This document shows, in pieces, positions 1 to 12,163 of a DNA stretch of 64,000 nucleotides. Numbering within the stretch: the first letter of the stretch is position 1; each line of letters begins with the position of its first letter. Made by a program: the position numbers and the translations under genes. Location: contig CAWHWX010000004.1 of assembly GCA_963833125.1 (NCBI GenBank), positions 1 to 64,000 of the forward strand, given 5' to 3'. A model generated the notes under the pieces. It searched no databases. It was not told where the DNA came from and saw only the letters and a list, made by a program, of their open reading frames with translations. Origin of the DNA: Candidatus Bathyarchaeota archaeon (GTDB lineage Archaea; Thermoproteota; Bathyarchaeia; 40CM-2-53-6).

Positions 1-3
1 GAA

Positions 4-744
4 ATGGGGTTCACAGACGACGGTGGATGCGAGCAATACATGAACATCCACCAAAAATTCTGTTGGAAAATTAACGATTTCAAGAAAGTCTTCAAGACTG
101 AAGACAAAATTTACGAAGCAGGATCACTTGTCGAACCCGCATGCGTTGCATACAATGCTATGTTTGTTCGCGCTGAAGGCTTCAAGCCCGGCTCTGCCGT
201 TGTTGTCTGGGGCGCCGGCCCAATTGGTTTAGGTGCGATAGCTCTCGCGAGGGCGGCAGGAGCCGGAAAAATTGTCGCGTTTGAACCCCGCAATAAGCGT
301 GCGGAGATTGCGAGACAAGTTGGCGCGGACTTCGTGTTCGACCAATTCCAGCTGCTCAAGTCTGGAACCCAGCCTTGGGAAAAGATTCTCGAATTAACTG
401 GCGGCGATGGTGTTGACATGCATGTCGAGTCTGCAGGCGATCCAACTTTCGTTATGCCTCAAGCCGAACGCTGTATGAACTTCGGCGGAAAGATAGTCGA
501 TATAGGAAGAGCGGATAAAGCCTCACCAGTTTTCTTCGAATTATACCAAGTGAGGGCCTTGCAGGCTTACGGGAGCCAAGGACATGCCGGAGGTGGTGTA
601 TGGCCGAATGTCATCAAACTCATGGCCTCGGGAAGGCTCGACACTACCAAAATAATCACAAGCCGCTACGGCGTGCCAGATGTACCTAAAGCCCTCGAGA
701 AACTAAAAGACCGCGAAGACGCCAAAGTTACCATCAAACCTTAA
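4..744 (+). CDS. iolM: Zn-dependent dehydrogenase, scyllo-inosose 3-dehydrogenase (IolM)-like; 5' part lies outside the window
   Basis: MDR motifs LVEPACVAY and VWGAGPIGL; C-terminus GSQGHAGGGVWPNVIKLMASG resembles IolM; two genes upstream of an iolN homolog. Confidence 0.7.
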   Translation: MGFTDDGGCEQYMNIHQKFCWKINDFKKVFKTEDKIYEAGSLVEPACVAYNAMFVRAEGFKPGSAVVVWGAGPIGLGAIALARAAGAGKIVAFEPRNKRAEIARQVGADFVFDQFQLLKSGTQPWEKILELTGGDGVDMHVESAGDPTFVMPQAERCMNFGGKIVDIGRADKASPVFFELYQVRALQAYGSQGHAGGGVWPNVIKLMASGRLDTTKIITSRYGVPDVPKALEKLKDREDAKVTIKP

Positions 745-786
745 CGCGTTCTATTTGGAATCCGAGATTATTCTGGACCGAGGGCT

Positions 787-1962
787 ATGCAGTATCGAGG
801 GTTCCATCAGCCTACGCTTGGCGTCGGGTTGGTAGGCTACAGCATCGGTAGAGTCCACACTCATGCTTGGCTAACCATGCCCCTTTACTATTACCCCCCT
901 CCTGCGCAACCCTTGCTTGTGGCGGTTGGCGGACGGAACCGTGAACGCGTAAGCGAGTTTGCGAAGAAATTCGGTTACAAGAAAACGTACGACCATGCTC
1001 GCGACCTCGTGAAGGATCCGGAAGTTGATGTTGTCGACTTGTGCACTCCACCGTTCGCACATTCGGAAATAGCAATTCAGGCTTTCGAGGCGGGAAAGCA
1101 CGTGATTTGTGAGAAACCGCTCGCCCGAACCGGAAAGGAAGCCCAAGCAATGCTTCAAGCAGCCGAGAAGGCTGGTGTTAAACATATGACTGCGTTCAAT
1201 TACAGATTCATTCCTGCCGTTAGTTTTGCGAAGAAGTTAATCGTGGATGGATTTATCGGGCGTGTGCTCAGTTTTCGCGGTGCGTACTTGAACATCGAAG
1301 TCGGCGATCTAGGGTACATCAACCCCGAATTTCCGCTCGATTGGCACTTCAAGAATGAAACTGCTGGTTACGGAGCGTTAAGCGATTTGGGGTCACACAT
1401 CCTTGACCTGGCCCGATTTCTAGTCGGGGAAATCTCCGCCGTGGCGGGGGCATCAGCAACTTACGTAAAGGAACGTCCCTTGCCAGAGTCACCAGGCAAG
1501 AAGGGAATGGTTGAGGTGGACGATTCAACGGTCGCCGCCGTCAAATTCGCAAATGGTGCTTTGGGGACGATCGAAGCTAGCTGGATGGCGCCAGGGAGAA
1601 AGGACTTTCTTCGGTTCGAAATACTCGGAAGCGAAGGCTCGCTAAGATTCAATCTCGAACGACTCAACGAACTTGAGATATTTTCGCTCAAAGATCCTAA
1701 CGAGCTTAGGGGATTCAGGGATGTTTGGACAACCTCCAAAACCCATCCGTTCATGGACCGTTTCTGGTTTGAACAGGGGGGAGGGTTCGGCTGGGATCAC
1801 GCCTTCGTGAATGAGGTACACCATTTCTCCGACTCCATCGTTAACGATAAACAAGTCGAGCCAATCGGGGCAACGTTTCTTGATGGGTATAGGAATTGTT
1901 TGTTGATGGATGCGATCGCTGAGTCGGCATCGACGGAGCGTTGGGTTCATGTCACGGACTAA
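787..1962 (+). CDS. Gfo/Idh/MocA oxidoreductase (levoglucosan/inositol dehydrogenase-like subfamily)
   Basis: GVGLVG Rossmann start, HVICEKPLA, AFNYR, GALSDLGSHILD motifs. Confidence 0.9.
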   Translation: MQYRGFHQPTLGVGLVGYSIGRVHTHAWLTMPLYYYPPPAQPLLVAVGGRNRERVSEFAKKFGYKKTYDHARDLVKDPEVDVVDLCTPPFAHSEIAIQAFEAGKHVICEKPLARTGKEAQAMLQAAEKAGVKHMTAFNYRFIPAVSFAKKLIVDGFIGRVLSFRGAYLNIEVGDLGYINPEFPLDWHFKNETAGYGALSDLGSHILDLARFLVGEISAVAGASATYVKERPLPESPGKKGMVEVDDSTVAAVKFANGALGTIEASWMAPGRKDFLRFEILGSEGSLRFNLERLNELEIFSLKDPNELRGFRDVWTTSKTHPFMDRFWFEQGGGFGWDHAFVNEVHHFSDSIVNDKQVEPIGATFLDGYRNCLLMDAIAESASTERWVHVTD

Positions 1963-2017
1963 ATCCTGATTCTTAAATACGCAAGCTCCTCTCCCTAAAC
2001 GGAACGTGCTACCATAA

Positions 2018-2989
2018 TTGGGTAAATGGAAACTTCCTCCGACCGGCGGACATATGGAGAAACAAGACGGAATCTACTTCCAAAACATGACGATGAATCA
2101 AGTGCACGAGAGACTCAAGAAGAATGACCTGATCATAATCCCTCTCGGGGCAACGGAAAATCACGGCCCTCACGCAGCCGTTGGCGAAGACATCTATCTC
2201 GTTTGCCGGATGGCTGAGATGGTGGCTGAGAAAACGGGGTGCACGGTAGCACAACCCTTCTGGTACGGCTCACACCCTTACCACCATATGGGCATGCCTG
2301 GTACGGTAATTATAGACGACGACGCATTCAAAGCGACGTTACGTGGGATTATGGCTGGCTTCTGGAACGCGGGGTTCCGAAAACAGATTCTATTCAATGG
2401 ACACGGACAGGAGTACGTCATCCCTTCAGCAATTCACCAATTTGCAAAAAGATACCAGGTTCCTGGCATCTTCATCAACCTGAACTGGTGGGCGATTTCT
2501 CCTCAATTCATCAAAGACAAGGAACATGGCGGGCCATTCGAAACTCCGTTCATTCACGCAGATGAGGTTGAAACGTCCTACAGCCTGGCACTATTCCCTG
2601 AGTTGATGAAGATGGAAGACGCGGTTGATGCAGAAACCTATGGTTTCCTTCCGAACCAGGGCCGGCATGTGGACAAAGCGGCTAACGCATACCAACGCCC
2701 AATCGCCTGGTACGGCCAAATGGGCGCTTCACCAATGGAGATCTACGCATATCCGAAAGGAGTGGTAGGCAAAGCAACCCTCGCCAAGGCGGAGAAGGCT
2801 TTCCCGGGTGTTGAGGCAATTCTCGATTACATGGTTGAGCTGCATGATGATATAATGAAGAAATTCCCTGCAGGCGTCCTCCCACCAATCGAGCAGGTGA
2901 CGAATCGAAACAAAGCCGACATCGAAGCCGTCATCAAAGGACCTTTGAACGGTGGAAGGCACATCTACACTCTCGCCTACCCACCGTAA
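2018..2989 (+). CDS. iolN: 3-dehydro-scyllo-inosose hydrolase (creatininase family)
   Basis: GATENHG, GED, NGHGQ, FIHADEVETS motifs; closely resembles Thermotoga IolN as recalled (YFQNMTM, GGPFETPFIHADE, RPIAWYG). Confidence 0.85.
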   Translation: MGKWKLPPTGGHMEKQDGIYFQNMTMNQVHERLKKNDLIIIPLGATENHGPHAAVGEDIYLVCRMAEMVAEKTGCTVAQPFWYGSHPYHHMGMPGTVIIDDDAFKATLRGIMAGFWNAGFRKQILFNGHGQEYVIPSAIHQFAKRYQVPGIFINLNWWAISPQFIKDKEHGGPFETPFIHADEVETSYSLALFPELMKMEDAVDAETYGFLPNQGRHVDKAANAYQRPIAWYGQMGASPMEIYAYPKGVVGKATLAKAEKAFPGVEAILDYMVELHDDIMKKFPAGVLPPIEQVTNRNKADIEAVIKGPLNGGRHIYTLAYPP

Positions 2990-3152
2990 GCCAAGAAGCG
3001 CTCTCATACTTTTCGAAAAAGGGCATCAGCAAGGGGGAGCTCTCGGCTCTTTGCCTAAAAGACTTTCACACCGTTTTCCCTCGATTCGTTCGAAACGAGC
3101 TCCCCAGCATTTTTGTCAAAAGCACCCATTCAATCCTCTCAACTCATTTCGG

Positions 3153-4308
3153 CTAAGCGAAGGGAATTATGGATTTACCTTCCGCGAAGCGGCTGAGGCG
3201 AAAATCTCTAACGTCGACTCCCTTAGTTTTGCCGTCTAACACGAACTCCGCCATCAGCCGTCCTGTGCATGGTGAGAACCTGAAGCCGTGCCCACTGAAC
3301 CCCACTGCACAGTAGAGGCCATCGAAGCCTGGAAGCTCATCCAAGATAGGATGACCATCAGGTGACACATCGTACGGCCCCGAATAGCCTCCTTTGCTCA
3401 CCGCCGCTGCCATGGCTGGAAGTCTCTGAACGAGCTTGTGTGCCAGGTTCGGAACCGTCTCGGAATCCAATCCATCCGGAAAATTGTCGGGATCACAGGC
3501 CAAACCCGGGAGTTTCTATTTCCCCGACCAAGGTGTGGTCTCCTTCAGGTTTGATGTACAGGTCATTCTCGAAATCGTCCATTATGATTCGAGGGCTTTT
3601 CGTCTCATCCGCTAGCTTGAACAAACATACCTGTTTGCGAGTAGCCTTAATGGGCAATTGTACGCCGAGGTCGCCTAGTAGTTTCGGTGCCCAAACGTTC
3701 GCAGCGACAACGACCTTGTTCGCGCGGAATGTTCCTTTGTTGGATTCAATTAGTTTCATGCCACCTTCAACTTTGATTCTCTTGACAAGTGCGTTGGTTT
3801 CGATTCGTGCGCCTAATTTCTCTGCTGCTTTCCCGTAGGCGTTTGTGGTTTCGACCGGATCTGCATAACCAGCAAATGGTTCGTGAATTCCTACGGTCAA
3901 ATCATCGGTGAGGACGCCTGGCTGGAGTTTGGCTATTTCTTGTGGGGAGATTAGTTGTGATTTTGCTCCAAGGTTTTTCTGAGCGGCTAATGTCTTTTTG
4001 ATTCGTTCCTCGAACGTCTTACCGGTCAGTCCCATCCAACCCGTGGGGCGGAACCCTGAGTTGCCTCCGATTCTGTCTGCGAAATTTCTGAAGACATCAA
4101 TACTTTCTAGAAGCATTTTTACAAGGGGTTCGCTGGCGTTCCACACGCCAAGGTTCACTATTGCGCTTGACTTTCCGGTGGCGCCCCAGGCTAGGTGGCC
4201 GCGTTCGAGCAATAACACATCTTTGCATCCCATACGGGCCAGTTGTAATGTTGTGCTTGCTCCAACACAGCCCCCGCCGATAACCGCGACTTCTGCAGTT
4301 TGATCCAT
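3153..4308 (-). CDS. FAD-dependent amine oxidoreductase (DAO / sarcosine oxidase beta-like); one frameshift near 3500
   Basis: IGGGCVG and GATGKSSA in ORF 3493-4308; SPDGHPILD and GFSGHGFRFSP in ORF 3153-3503. Confidence 0.85.
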
Positions 4309-4486
4309 TGTAATCCACGATGAAACTCTGTTGTTCCTTGACTGTAATAATTATTCTCGGCCGCTGTTTCCTCGATGGTTTGATTAGTTTACTTCACCTG
4401 AAGGACGGTTTCCTTCGATCCCAAGATTATCGGTTCGAATATTCGAGGATGGTCGAGAGGCGGTCATAATTGTCACAGCTCGCGAA

Positions 4487-5845
4487 CTAAGCGACCGCTT
4501 TCAACGATTCCTCGGCTGCCTTCAGCGTCAAGTCGATGTCATCTTCGGAATGGGCTGTGGATACGAAGAGATGTTGATACTGAAGCGGATGAGATAACAC
4601 TCCTCTCTTCAACATCTGTCTATGATAGGCGTTGTACTTGGCCCCATTGCATGTGAGGAATTCTCTATAGTTTCGAATCTTCTTCAGAGGTGTGAACAGA
4701 ATTTGAACACCTAATTGCGCCATACCTTGAACAATCGCCTCTGTTTTTGTTGAGGAGACAAGTTGCTCCAACCCTTCTTGAAGCTTCTTTCCGATTTTGT
4801 TCATGTGGCGGTAGTTTTCACCGTTGTTTCTTGTTAGCTCAGTTAGAGTTGCGTATGCTGCGGCACATGAAATTGGGTTCCCGTTGAATGTCCCTGCATG
4901 CATGATCTTGCCTGGTCCGACCTGCTCGAAGATTTCTCTTCTTCCGGTGATCGCTGCTATCGGAAAGCCACCCCCCAGTGCTTTCGCGAAACAGGCCAGG
5001 TCGGGAGTGACACCGAAATATTCTTGGGCACCTCCTGCGGCCAGCCGAAATCCTGTGATGACTTCGTCAAAGATCAGCATCACGTCATACTTCTCAGTAA
5101 TTTCCTTCACAGTTTTGAGATACCCTTCTTCGGGTGGCGCAATTCCTATGTCCATCATCACAGGTTCCATTATTACTGCAGCAAGTTCGTTCGCATGCCT
5201 CTTGACCGTTTTTTCGAGAATATCCGAATCGTTCCAAGGGATAACTACCGTGTTCTTTGTTGTATCATCTGGGATCCCAGGGCTCGCGGGCACCTTGTAA
5301 GGAGCAATCTCTGATCCTAATGCGGCCAGAGGTGCTCCCTACAATGTTCAGTAGGACATAATCGTGTGCGCCATGGTAGTGGCCTTCAAATTTGATGATC
5401 TTGTTTCGACCAGTGTACCCTCTGGCGATTCTTATTGCGCTCATAGTTGCTTCAGCTCCTGTCATGGAGAACCGCATCATCTCGGCGTTCGGAACCATCT
5501 CGTGGATTTTTTCCGCGAGTTTCACCTGTAGCTCATCAAGCAAAGCGTATTGTAGCCCATTTTCAAGTTGGGCCTTTACCGCTTGAGTATGCTTGGGTGG
5601 CAATGGCCGAGAATCAGCGGACCGAAGCCAAGAAGGTAGTCGACATAGACGTTTCCATCAACGTCCCAGACTTTCGAACCTGCGCCTTTGCGCAACGTCA
5701 ATGGGTAGGGATCGTAGGTTGGAGAGCATTGCGCATTTGAACTCCCACCACCAGGGATAAGCTTACTCGCTCTAACGAAGAGTTCCCATGATTTTCGTGT
5801 TAAGACCCTTAACGTATTCAGGGTACTCGATGAGACATTGCCCAA
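4487..5845 (-). CDS. PLP-dependent class III aminotransferase (GSA-aminomutase-like); two frameshifts (~5590, ~5300)
   Basis: DVDGNVYVDYLLGFGPLILGH, GHYHG, IFDEVITGFR and FAKALGGGFP (PLP Lys) across three consecutive ORFs. Confidence 0.85.
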
Positions 5846-6099
5846 CTTCTGTCGTCTGCGCCCGAGGATTGTATTTGCTTAAAAGCCTAGGGGTTTCCCA
5901 TCAGCTGGCGTTCTTCCATTTGCGAAGAGGCTTTGTAGAGTCAAACAGACTGGTCTGGTGTCAATCTCCAATAATACTTACCGTTAATCATGGCTCAAGC
6001 TGAATCGAGATCTTGTAAACGGTGCTCTGAAATTACGTCGTATTTTCCATCCCAAAATGTTATATGCAAACTTCTTTTCAGTAGGCGGTGCTGGATTCT

Positions 6100-8018
6100 A
6101 TGAGCACTACGTCTCGTGCTAAGAAACCGATTATCGCTGTACTAGTCATTGTAATTGTCCTTGTTGCAGGGGTATGGTACTACACTTCGACACAAACCGC
6201 ACTGCTGCTACCTCAACTACATCCTCTCTTTTCAACACCGTTTCGACCAGTGGGCAAGGCGGTGCCCCTTCGACCCTTGTGATTGACGATCCATTCTGGC
6301 CTAGCGGAGACTTGAACCAATTCAACTCCATTTACGCAATACCCTATCCTGACTGGTTGACGTATACTGTCTATCAGTCGCTCGTTACGCTCGATGGGAA
6401 TGCACTTTACTCTTCAGGAGATGTTAAGGTCCTCCCGATGCTGGCAACCGATTGGAACGTATCCTCTGATGGTACGACCTACACGTTCAACCTGAGGCAA
6501 AACGTAGCATTCTCGAACGGCGACCCCTTCAATGCATACCAGGTGTGGGGACAATTTTACGGCTTGTATTACTTATCGGGCAACAGTAGTGCTTGGTTCA
6601 ACGCTTACCCCGTTTTCGATACATCAACAATAAAATTCGGGCCAGCTACGCTTGCGTTGATGGCGCAAAGCGGTCTGATCAACCCGACACCTGATTTGAT
6701 GAAGATAATGACTGATACAAGCCAACCGATCTACGTAACTAGTCAATATCAGATAGTCTTCCACCTTAAGGCTCCATTCGGGTATTTCCCCACCGTTTTA
6801 CCTACCTATGTGGGATTGATTTTTGATACTCAGTATGTTCTTCAAAATGGTGGATTCGGCACGCCGACAGCCTTCAACACCCAGTTCAATCAGCATCCCA
6901 TTCCAGGGACAGGGCCTTACGTTGTGACGGATGTTTCGGAGAATTCCTACGTGAAATTTGCCAAGAATCCAACCTACTGGGGAGCCAATTTGAGCGCTGC
7001 AGATATCCAAGCTAATGCATACATTGACCCAGGACATGTACAGAACGTAATCATATACTCGAAGTCTGATGACGTAGCGAGATACACAGATTTGTCGACG
7101 GGAGCTGCCCAGATAGCTGCAATCCAAACCCAAGACTGGCCGCAGGTTTTGAGCAACCCTGACAAGTATGGATATTTTGTAATGCCGGATTCCTCGATGG
7201 CTTTCGTAGGCATCTCAATGAATACTCTTCGATATCCTACAAACATTACAGCGTTTCGGAACGCCATCGTCCACGCCGTGAATGTGACTGACATTTCGCA
7301 ACGAGTCTTCTTTGGCGGGCTAGCTCCAATGGTTGGCCCTGAGTATCCGGCCCAGAAGCAATATTATGACTTGGGAAACCTGCCACCCTATTCGTACGAC
7401 TTGACGTTGGCGAAGCAGTACTTGGCTCAGTCTGGGGTTGACGTCACGAAGCTAACGCCACTCGAGTTCCGAGTGGTTTCTGGATGTGGGTACTGTTACT
7501 CTACCGCGCAAATAGTTCAAGCGGATTTGGCTCAAATTGGGATCACGTTGAACATTGAGGTTACACCGGGTAACCAGTATGCGTTGCCCTACGTGGCGGG
7601 TGCCGGGTCATTTGCGGGGGGTGTGAACGCTTCGCAACAGGTGGCACAGCTCACTTGGTTCGGAACGGGAACTTTTGCCCCTACTGCCCCAACTCCGGCA
7701 GACGCATGGTTGATGTTCGGTAGCGATAAAGCACCTGCCAACAATTTTGCCATATACTCTAATCCCATAGTCCAGAAGTGTGTGGACGATTGGACAACGG
7801 TGAGTGACCCGAATGTCCTCACGACCGTCTGCACCGCTGCTCAAAAGCAATTCTACGATGATGCACCCTACATCTGGCTCGGCGCAATCAAACTAGTCTT
7901 CGGCGGAGGATCCGTTGCTTGGCAGAAGAGCGTTGTTAAGAGCGCACTCTTGGACCCGATATTTACAGGCATAAGCTCAACAGTCATCTTCAACACTGTA
8001 ACATTCGTGGGCAGCTAA
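6100..8018 (+). CDS. ABC transporter substrate-binding protein, family 5 (Opp/Dpp type); frameshift near 6200
   Basis: N-terminal TM anchor in ORF 6088-6282; LATDWNVSSDGTTYTFNLRQNVAFSNGDPFNA and GTGPY motifs. Confidence 0.9.
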
Positions 8019-8111
8019 AGCAGCTCAAACTAGCACCCTACCCCGCTATTTTTCGAATCGGGGTGAGGTGATACAAACATATTTCGCGATAACGGTTCGG
8101 TCTAAGGTGAA

Positions 8112-9134
8112 ATGAACCTAGCAGCGTACATATTACGCAGGGTGGGCTTCGGCATCCTCGTAATACTCAGCGTCATGACCATAACGTTCGCTCTATCGCA
8201 TAGCCTTGGCGGGGACCCAATTTACGCCTGGTTGGGAAAGGCCGCTGGCATGCATCCCGACCTCGCTCAGGCTTACATCCAGAAGTATCATCTCCACGAC
8301 CCGGTTTACGTTCAGTACTACTACTATCTGGTAAACCTGGCGCAAGGAAATATGGGTTACTCGCCCTCACGCGATTTCATTCCTGTCACCCAGGCAATTG
8401 CGGAAAGCCTTCCTTACACGATCCAAATTGCGTTATTCGCAATTATCATAACACTTGTTGTGGGCGTATTCTTAGGAGTTGTATCGGCTCGGTATCATCA
8501 TACGCCAATTGACGGGGCGATTCGAGCATTCTACTTGACTGGATATGCTTCCCCGCCGTTCTTTGTAGCCTTGATATTGCTAATAATATTCACGTATCTG
8601 CTTGGCATTTTACCGAGTGGCGAAGCCTTTGACCCTAGCTTTGCGAGACCATTCTGGATCACTGGAATACCGATCATTGACGGCGTGCTCGAAGGAAATT
8701 TTTCGTATAGTGCCAGCGCCTTTATTCATTTGATTCTTCCCAGTGCTGCGCTCGCGCTTGTGACTTTCGGAATCGTAACCAGAGTGCTCCGCAGCTCACT
8801 TCTGGAGATCATGCACACCAATTACATCCGAACGGCTCGGGCGAAGGGACTTGATGAGAACACGGTGTTCTACAAGCACGGTCTACGGCACGCACTCATT
8901 CCGATAGTGTCGCTCTCCTCTCTGATCGTAACCTGGCTGATCACGGGAACAATTTTCGTGGAGAACGTGTTCTCATATCCTGGACTGGGCCGCTATCTGG
9001 TTCAAGCACTCAACGGACAGGACTACCCAGGAATACTTGGATCGGCCATAGTGTATGCACTTGTTATTGTCACGGCCAACTTAATCGCAGACATCCTGTA
9101 TGCAGTCGTCGATCCTCAAGTCAGACTTGGTTGA
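8112..9134 (+). CDS. ABC permease, DppB/OppB type
   Basis: YIRTARAKGL EAA loop, VENVFSYPGLG, DILYAVVDPQVR. Confidence 0.93.
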   Translation: MNLAAYILRRVGFGILVILSVMTITFALSHSLGGDPIYAWLGKAAGMHPDLAQAYIQKYHLHDPVYVQYYYYLVNLAQGNMGYSPSRDFIPVTQAIAESLPYTIQIALFAIIITLVVGVFLGVVSARYHHTPIDGAIRAFYLTGYASPPFFVALILLIIFTYLLGILPSGEAFDPSFARPFWITGIPIIDGVLEGNFSYSASAFIHLILPSAALALVTFGIVTRVLRSSLLEIMHTNYIRTARAKGLDENTVFYKHGLRHALIPIVSLSSLIVTWLITGTIFVENVFSYPGLGRYLVQALNGQDYPGILGSAIVYALVIVTANLIADILYAVVDPQVRLG

Positions 9135-10024
9135 GTCACCCTTTGGAATCCAAGATGGCTAGCCATCGCTTTTCTGCCGCTACTCGCAATTTTTTCTCCT
9201 TAATCTTTAGAACAAAGGAAGGCGCGATTGGATTTGGAATTGTAGCGGTGTATCTGGCAACTGCAGTCGTCGTTTTGTTCGCAGAACTGTTCAATATTAC
9301 GGTGACACCCTATGACCCTCTCTTACAGAGCGTGGGCCCTTCCCTTGGAGCGCCTTCCCCCGCGCACCTGTTTGGCACAGACTTTCTTGGTCGTGACGTG
9401 TTCAGTAGAGTCATTTGGAGCCTACCCAACGATTTGTTTGTTAGCTTCGCTGTGGTAGGAATCGCTCTCTTTGCTGGGGCCATTATTGGTGCCGTCGCAG
9501 CATTCAAGGGCGGTTTGCTCGACGAACTACTGATGCGGTTCACTGACGTTATATTCTCGCTTCCAGCGTTGGTGATAGCAATGGTTATCGCGGTGGCTCT
9601 TGGTCCGGGGCTAAGCCACATGATGTTTGCGTTGATGATAATATGGTGGCCACCCTACGCGCGAGTCGCAAGGGGAGAGGCGTTACGAGTTTCACACCAG
9701 AACTACATTGAAGCTGCCCGATTCGCCGGCCAGCGAACCATTGGAATAATATTCAAACACGTACTGCCAAACATCTCGCTGACATTGCTGATTTATGCGA
9801 CGCTTGACATCGCAACCGTGGTCTTGACTTATGCGGGTTTGAGTTATCTTGGATTATCAGTGAGGCCACCCCAACCTGACTTGGGTGAGATGATTAGCAC
9901 ATCTCAGGACTACTTGATAACAGCCCCATGGCTGCCAATCATACCGGGTCTTGTGATCGCGCTTGCCGTCGTTGGTTTTAGCCTTCTGGGGGATGGGCTT
10001 AGAGATGCTCTTGAGGCGGGATGA
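9131..10024 (+). CDS. ABC permease, DppC/OppC type
   Basis: HLFGTDFLGRDVFSR, YIEAARFAG, LLGDGLRDAL. Confidence 0.93.
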   Translation: MSHPLESKMASHRFSAATRNFFSLIFRTKEGAIGFGIVAVYLATAVVVLFAELFNITVTPYDPLLQSVGPSLGAPSPAHLFGTDFLGRDVFSRVIWSLPNDLFVSFAVVGIALFAGAIIGAVAAFKGGLLDELLMRFTDVIFSLPALVIAMVIAVALGPGLSHMMFALMIIWWPPYARVARGEALRVSHQNYIEAARFAGQRTIGIIFKHVLPNISLTLLIYATLDIATVVLTYAGLSYLGLSVRPPQPDLGEMISTSQDYLITAPWLPIIPGLVIALAVVGFSLLGDGLRDALEAG

Positions 10025-11085
10025 TGGGGCCACTCCTGAATATTCAAGGCCTCACCGTAGCCTACGATTCAAGAACGGGGCCAATAACAGCCGTTGACCA
10101 TGTCAACTTACAGCTCCAACAAGATGAATTCCTAGCCATAGTAGGAGAATCAGGATGCGGAAAATCGACGCTGGGCCTTTCCATAATCGGCCTGCTTCCA
10201 AAACCCCCCGCGAAAATCGTTGAAGGATCTATTCAGTACAAGGATACGGACCTCGTGCATCTGCCCGGGAACAAAATCAGAGAATATCGCGGCACCGAAA
10301 TTGCAATGATTTTCCAGGAACCATTAACGAGTCTGAGCCCAGTCTACAGAATAGGCGATCAGATAGCCGAAGCGATCATGATTCGCGAGTCACGGAAGGA
10401 TGGAAAGGCAACTATTGACAGCCAGATCATGCAAAGAACCTACAAAAGAACCGCACGCCTACTGAAACGCACTGTGAAGTTTAAGCACAGAATTCCCGAC
10501 GACCTTCAAGAAGAAGTAATTCGTTACTTGACGTTGGTCAGGATCGGCGACCCCGAACAGGTTCTGGAACGCTACCCGTTCGAATTGTCGGGCGGAATGA
10601 CGCAACGAGTTATGATTGCGATGGCGCTATCCCAAGAACCTGCATTGCTCCTTGCCGATGAACCAACGACAGCCTTGGATGTAACCACTCAGGCGCAGGT
10701 ACTCAAACTGATGAAGGAACTCATCCGGAAGGTCAGAACAAGTATTCTACTCGTGACTCACGACCTGGCGGTTGCAAGCCAGGTTGCCGACAGAGTCGTC
10801 GTAATGTATGCGGGTCAGATAGCTGAAGACGCCGATGTAATCAGCTTATTCTCACACCCAATGCACCCCTACACTCAAGGGCTCCTTTCCTGCATCCCAT
10901 CAGGCTACAAAGACGAAAGCCAGCTTAAGCCGATTTCAGGCTCCCTTCCAGATCTGAGAAGCGTACCAATCGGTTGCAGGTTCGCACCGAGATGCCCGCA
11001 CGCCATGGCGGTTTGCACTAAGAAGCCCCCCCAGCTGATCCAACATGGGAACACCCAGAAGGTGTCATGTTTCCTATATGACTAG
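10021..11085 (+). CDS. ABC ATPase, DppD/OppD type
   Basis: Walker A GESGCGKS, LSGGM, DEPTTALD, HPYT and CRFAPRC. Confidence 0.95.
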   Translation: MMGPLLNIQGLTVAYDSRTGPITAVDHVNLQLQQDEFLAIVGESGCGKSTLGLSIIGLLPKPPAKIVEGSIQYKDTDLVHLPGNKIREYRGTEIAMIFQEPLTSLSPVYRIGDQIAEAIMIRESRKDGKATIDSQIMQRTYKRTARLLKRTVKFKHRIPDDLQEEVIRYLTLVRIGDPEQVLERYPFELSGGMTQRVMIAMALSQEPALLLADEPTTALDVTTQAQVLKLMKELIRKVRTSILLVTHDLAVASQVADRVVVMYAGQIAEDADVISLFSHPMHPYTQGLLSCIPSGYKDESQLKPISGSLPDLRSVPIGCRFAPRCPHAMAVCTKKPPQLIQHGNTQKVSCFLYD

Positions 11086-12070
11086 CACAACAGAAATCAT
11101 ACTCCGAACTGAGAATCTTAAGAAATATTTCCCTATCCGCAAGGGATTCAACCCATTCCTTCGCCGGGAACAACGCTTCGTTAGGGCTGTGGATGGCGTC
11201 TCGATCAGTGTCCAGAAAGGGAAGACAGTGGCAATAGTTGGCGAGTCTGGCTGTGGAAAAACCACCCTCGCAAGAACAATTGGGTTAATGATGCAGCCGA
11301 CAGAGGGGAGGCTCTATTTTGAAGAAAAGGAGATTACAGGTAAAGTTGACCGGAACGAGATCTACCACGACATGCAAATGGTCTACCAGGACCCCGAGTC
11401 CTCTCTCGACCCCCGAATGAAAATCGGACAATCGATAGGCGAACCACTTCATGGTTTAATGAAATGGGAAAAGAAAGTCGTCAACGATGCCGTGACGAGA
11501 AGCCTCGAGCGTGTTGGCCTTTCAGCAGATTTCGCGGAACGTTTACCCCGACAGCTCAGCGGAGGGCAAAAGCAGCGAGTTGCAATAGCCAGAGCGATCG
11601 CGATTCAACCCTCACTAGTAATCTTGGACGAACCTACGAGCGCACTGGATGCCTCCGTTCAAGCGCAAATTCTCAAGCTATTGCTCGACATTCAGAAGGA
11701 ATTCAACCTCACGTACATTCTGATAACCCATAACATCGCGGTTGCAAAGTACATGGCTGACTTCGTCACGGTAATGTACGCCGGCAATGTTGTAGAGTAC
11801 GGGCCTTGCAAGACGGTGATTTCTAAGCCACGACACCCTTACACCATCGCTCTAATCTCATCAGCCCCGGTTCCAGACCCGACCACTCGCAACCTCCTCA
11901 AAACCGAAATCAAGGGAGAAGTACCTAGCGCAATAGACCCACCCTCAGGATGCAAGTTTAACCCGCGCTGCCCATTCGCCGAAGCCATTTGCACTTCGTC
12001 AAACCCGCCGCTTCAAGAGATAGCGCCAGACCACTTCGTCGCCTGCCACTTTGTCAATAAAACGGCATAG
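11078..12070 (+). CDS. ABC ATPase, DppF/OppF type
   Basis: GESGCGKT, LSGGQKQR, DEPTSALD, HPYT, VACH; ATG 11078 overlaps the upstream gene end. Confidence 0.95.
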   Translation: MTSTTEIILRTENLKKYFPIRKGFNPFLRREQRFVRAVDGVSISVQKGKTVAIVGESGCGKTTLARTIGLMMQPTEGRLYFEEKEITGKVDRNEIYHDMQMVYQDPESSLDPRMKIGQSIGEPLHGLMKWEKKVVNDAVTRSLERVGLSADFAERLPRQLSGGQKQRVAIARAIAIQPSLVILDEPTSALDASVQAQILKLLLDIQKEFNLTYILITHNIAVAKYMADFVTVMYAGNVVEYGPCKTVISKPRHPYTIALISSAPVPDPTTRNLLKTEIKGEVPSAIDPPSGCKFNPRCPFAEAICTSSNPPLQEIAPDHFVACHFVNKTA

Positions 12071-12163
12071 CATAACGGCACAAAATTCTTCTTCGAAGCA
12101 ATTCAGAGAAAAGTCGTTATAGAGGCGACAATATTTTCGAGCAGTATTCTGGATGAATTAATC

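Noticed and set aside
4487-5845. Calling the aminotransferase hemL
   Set aside because: The N-terminal motif is divergent, there are no tetrapyrrole neighbours and the context is catabolic.
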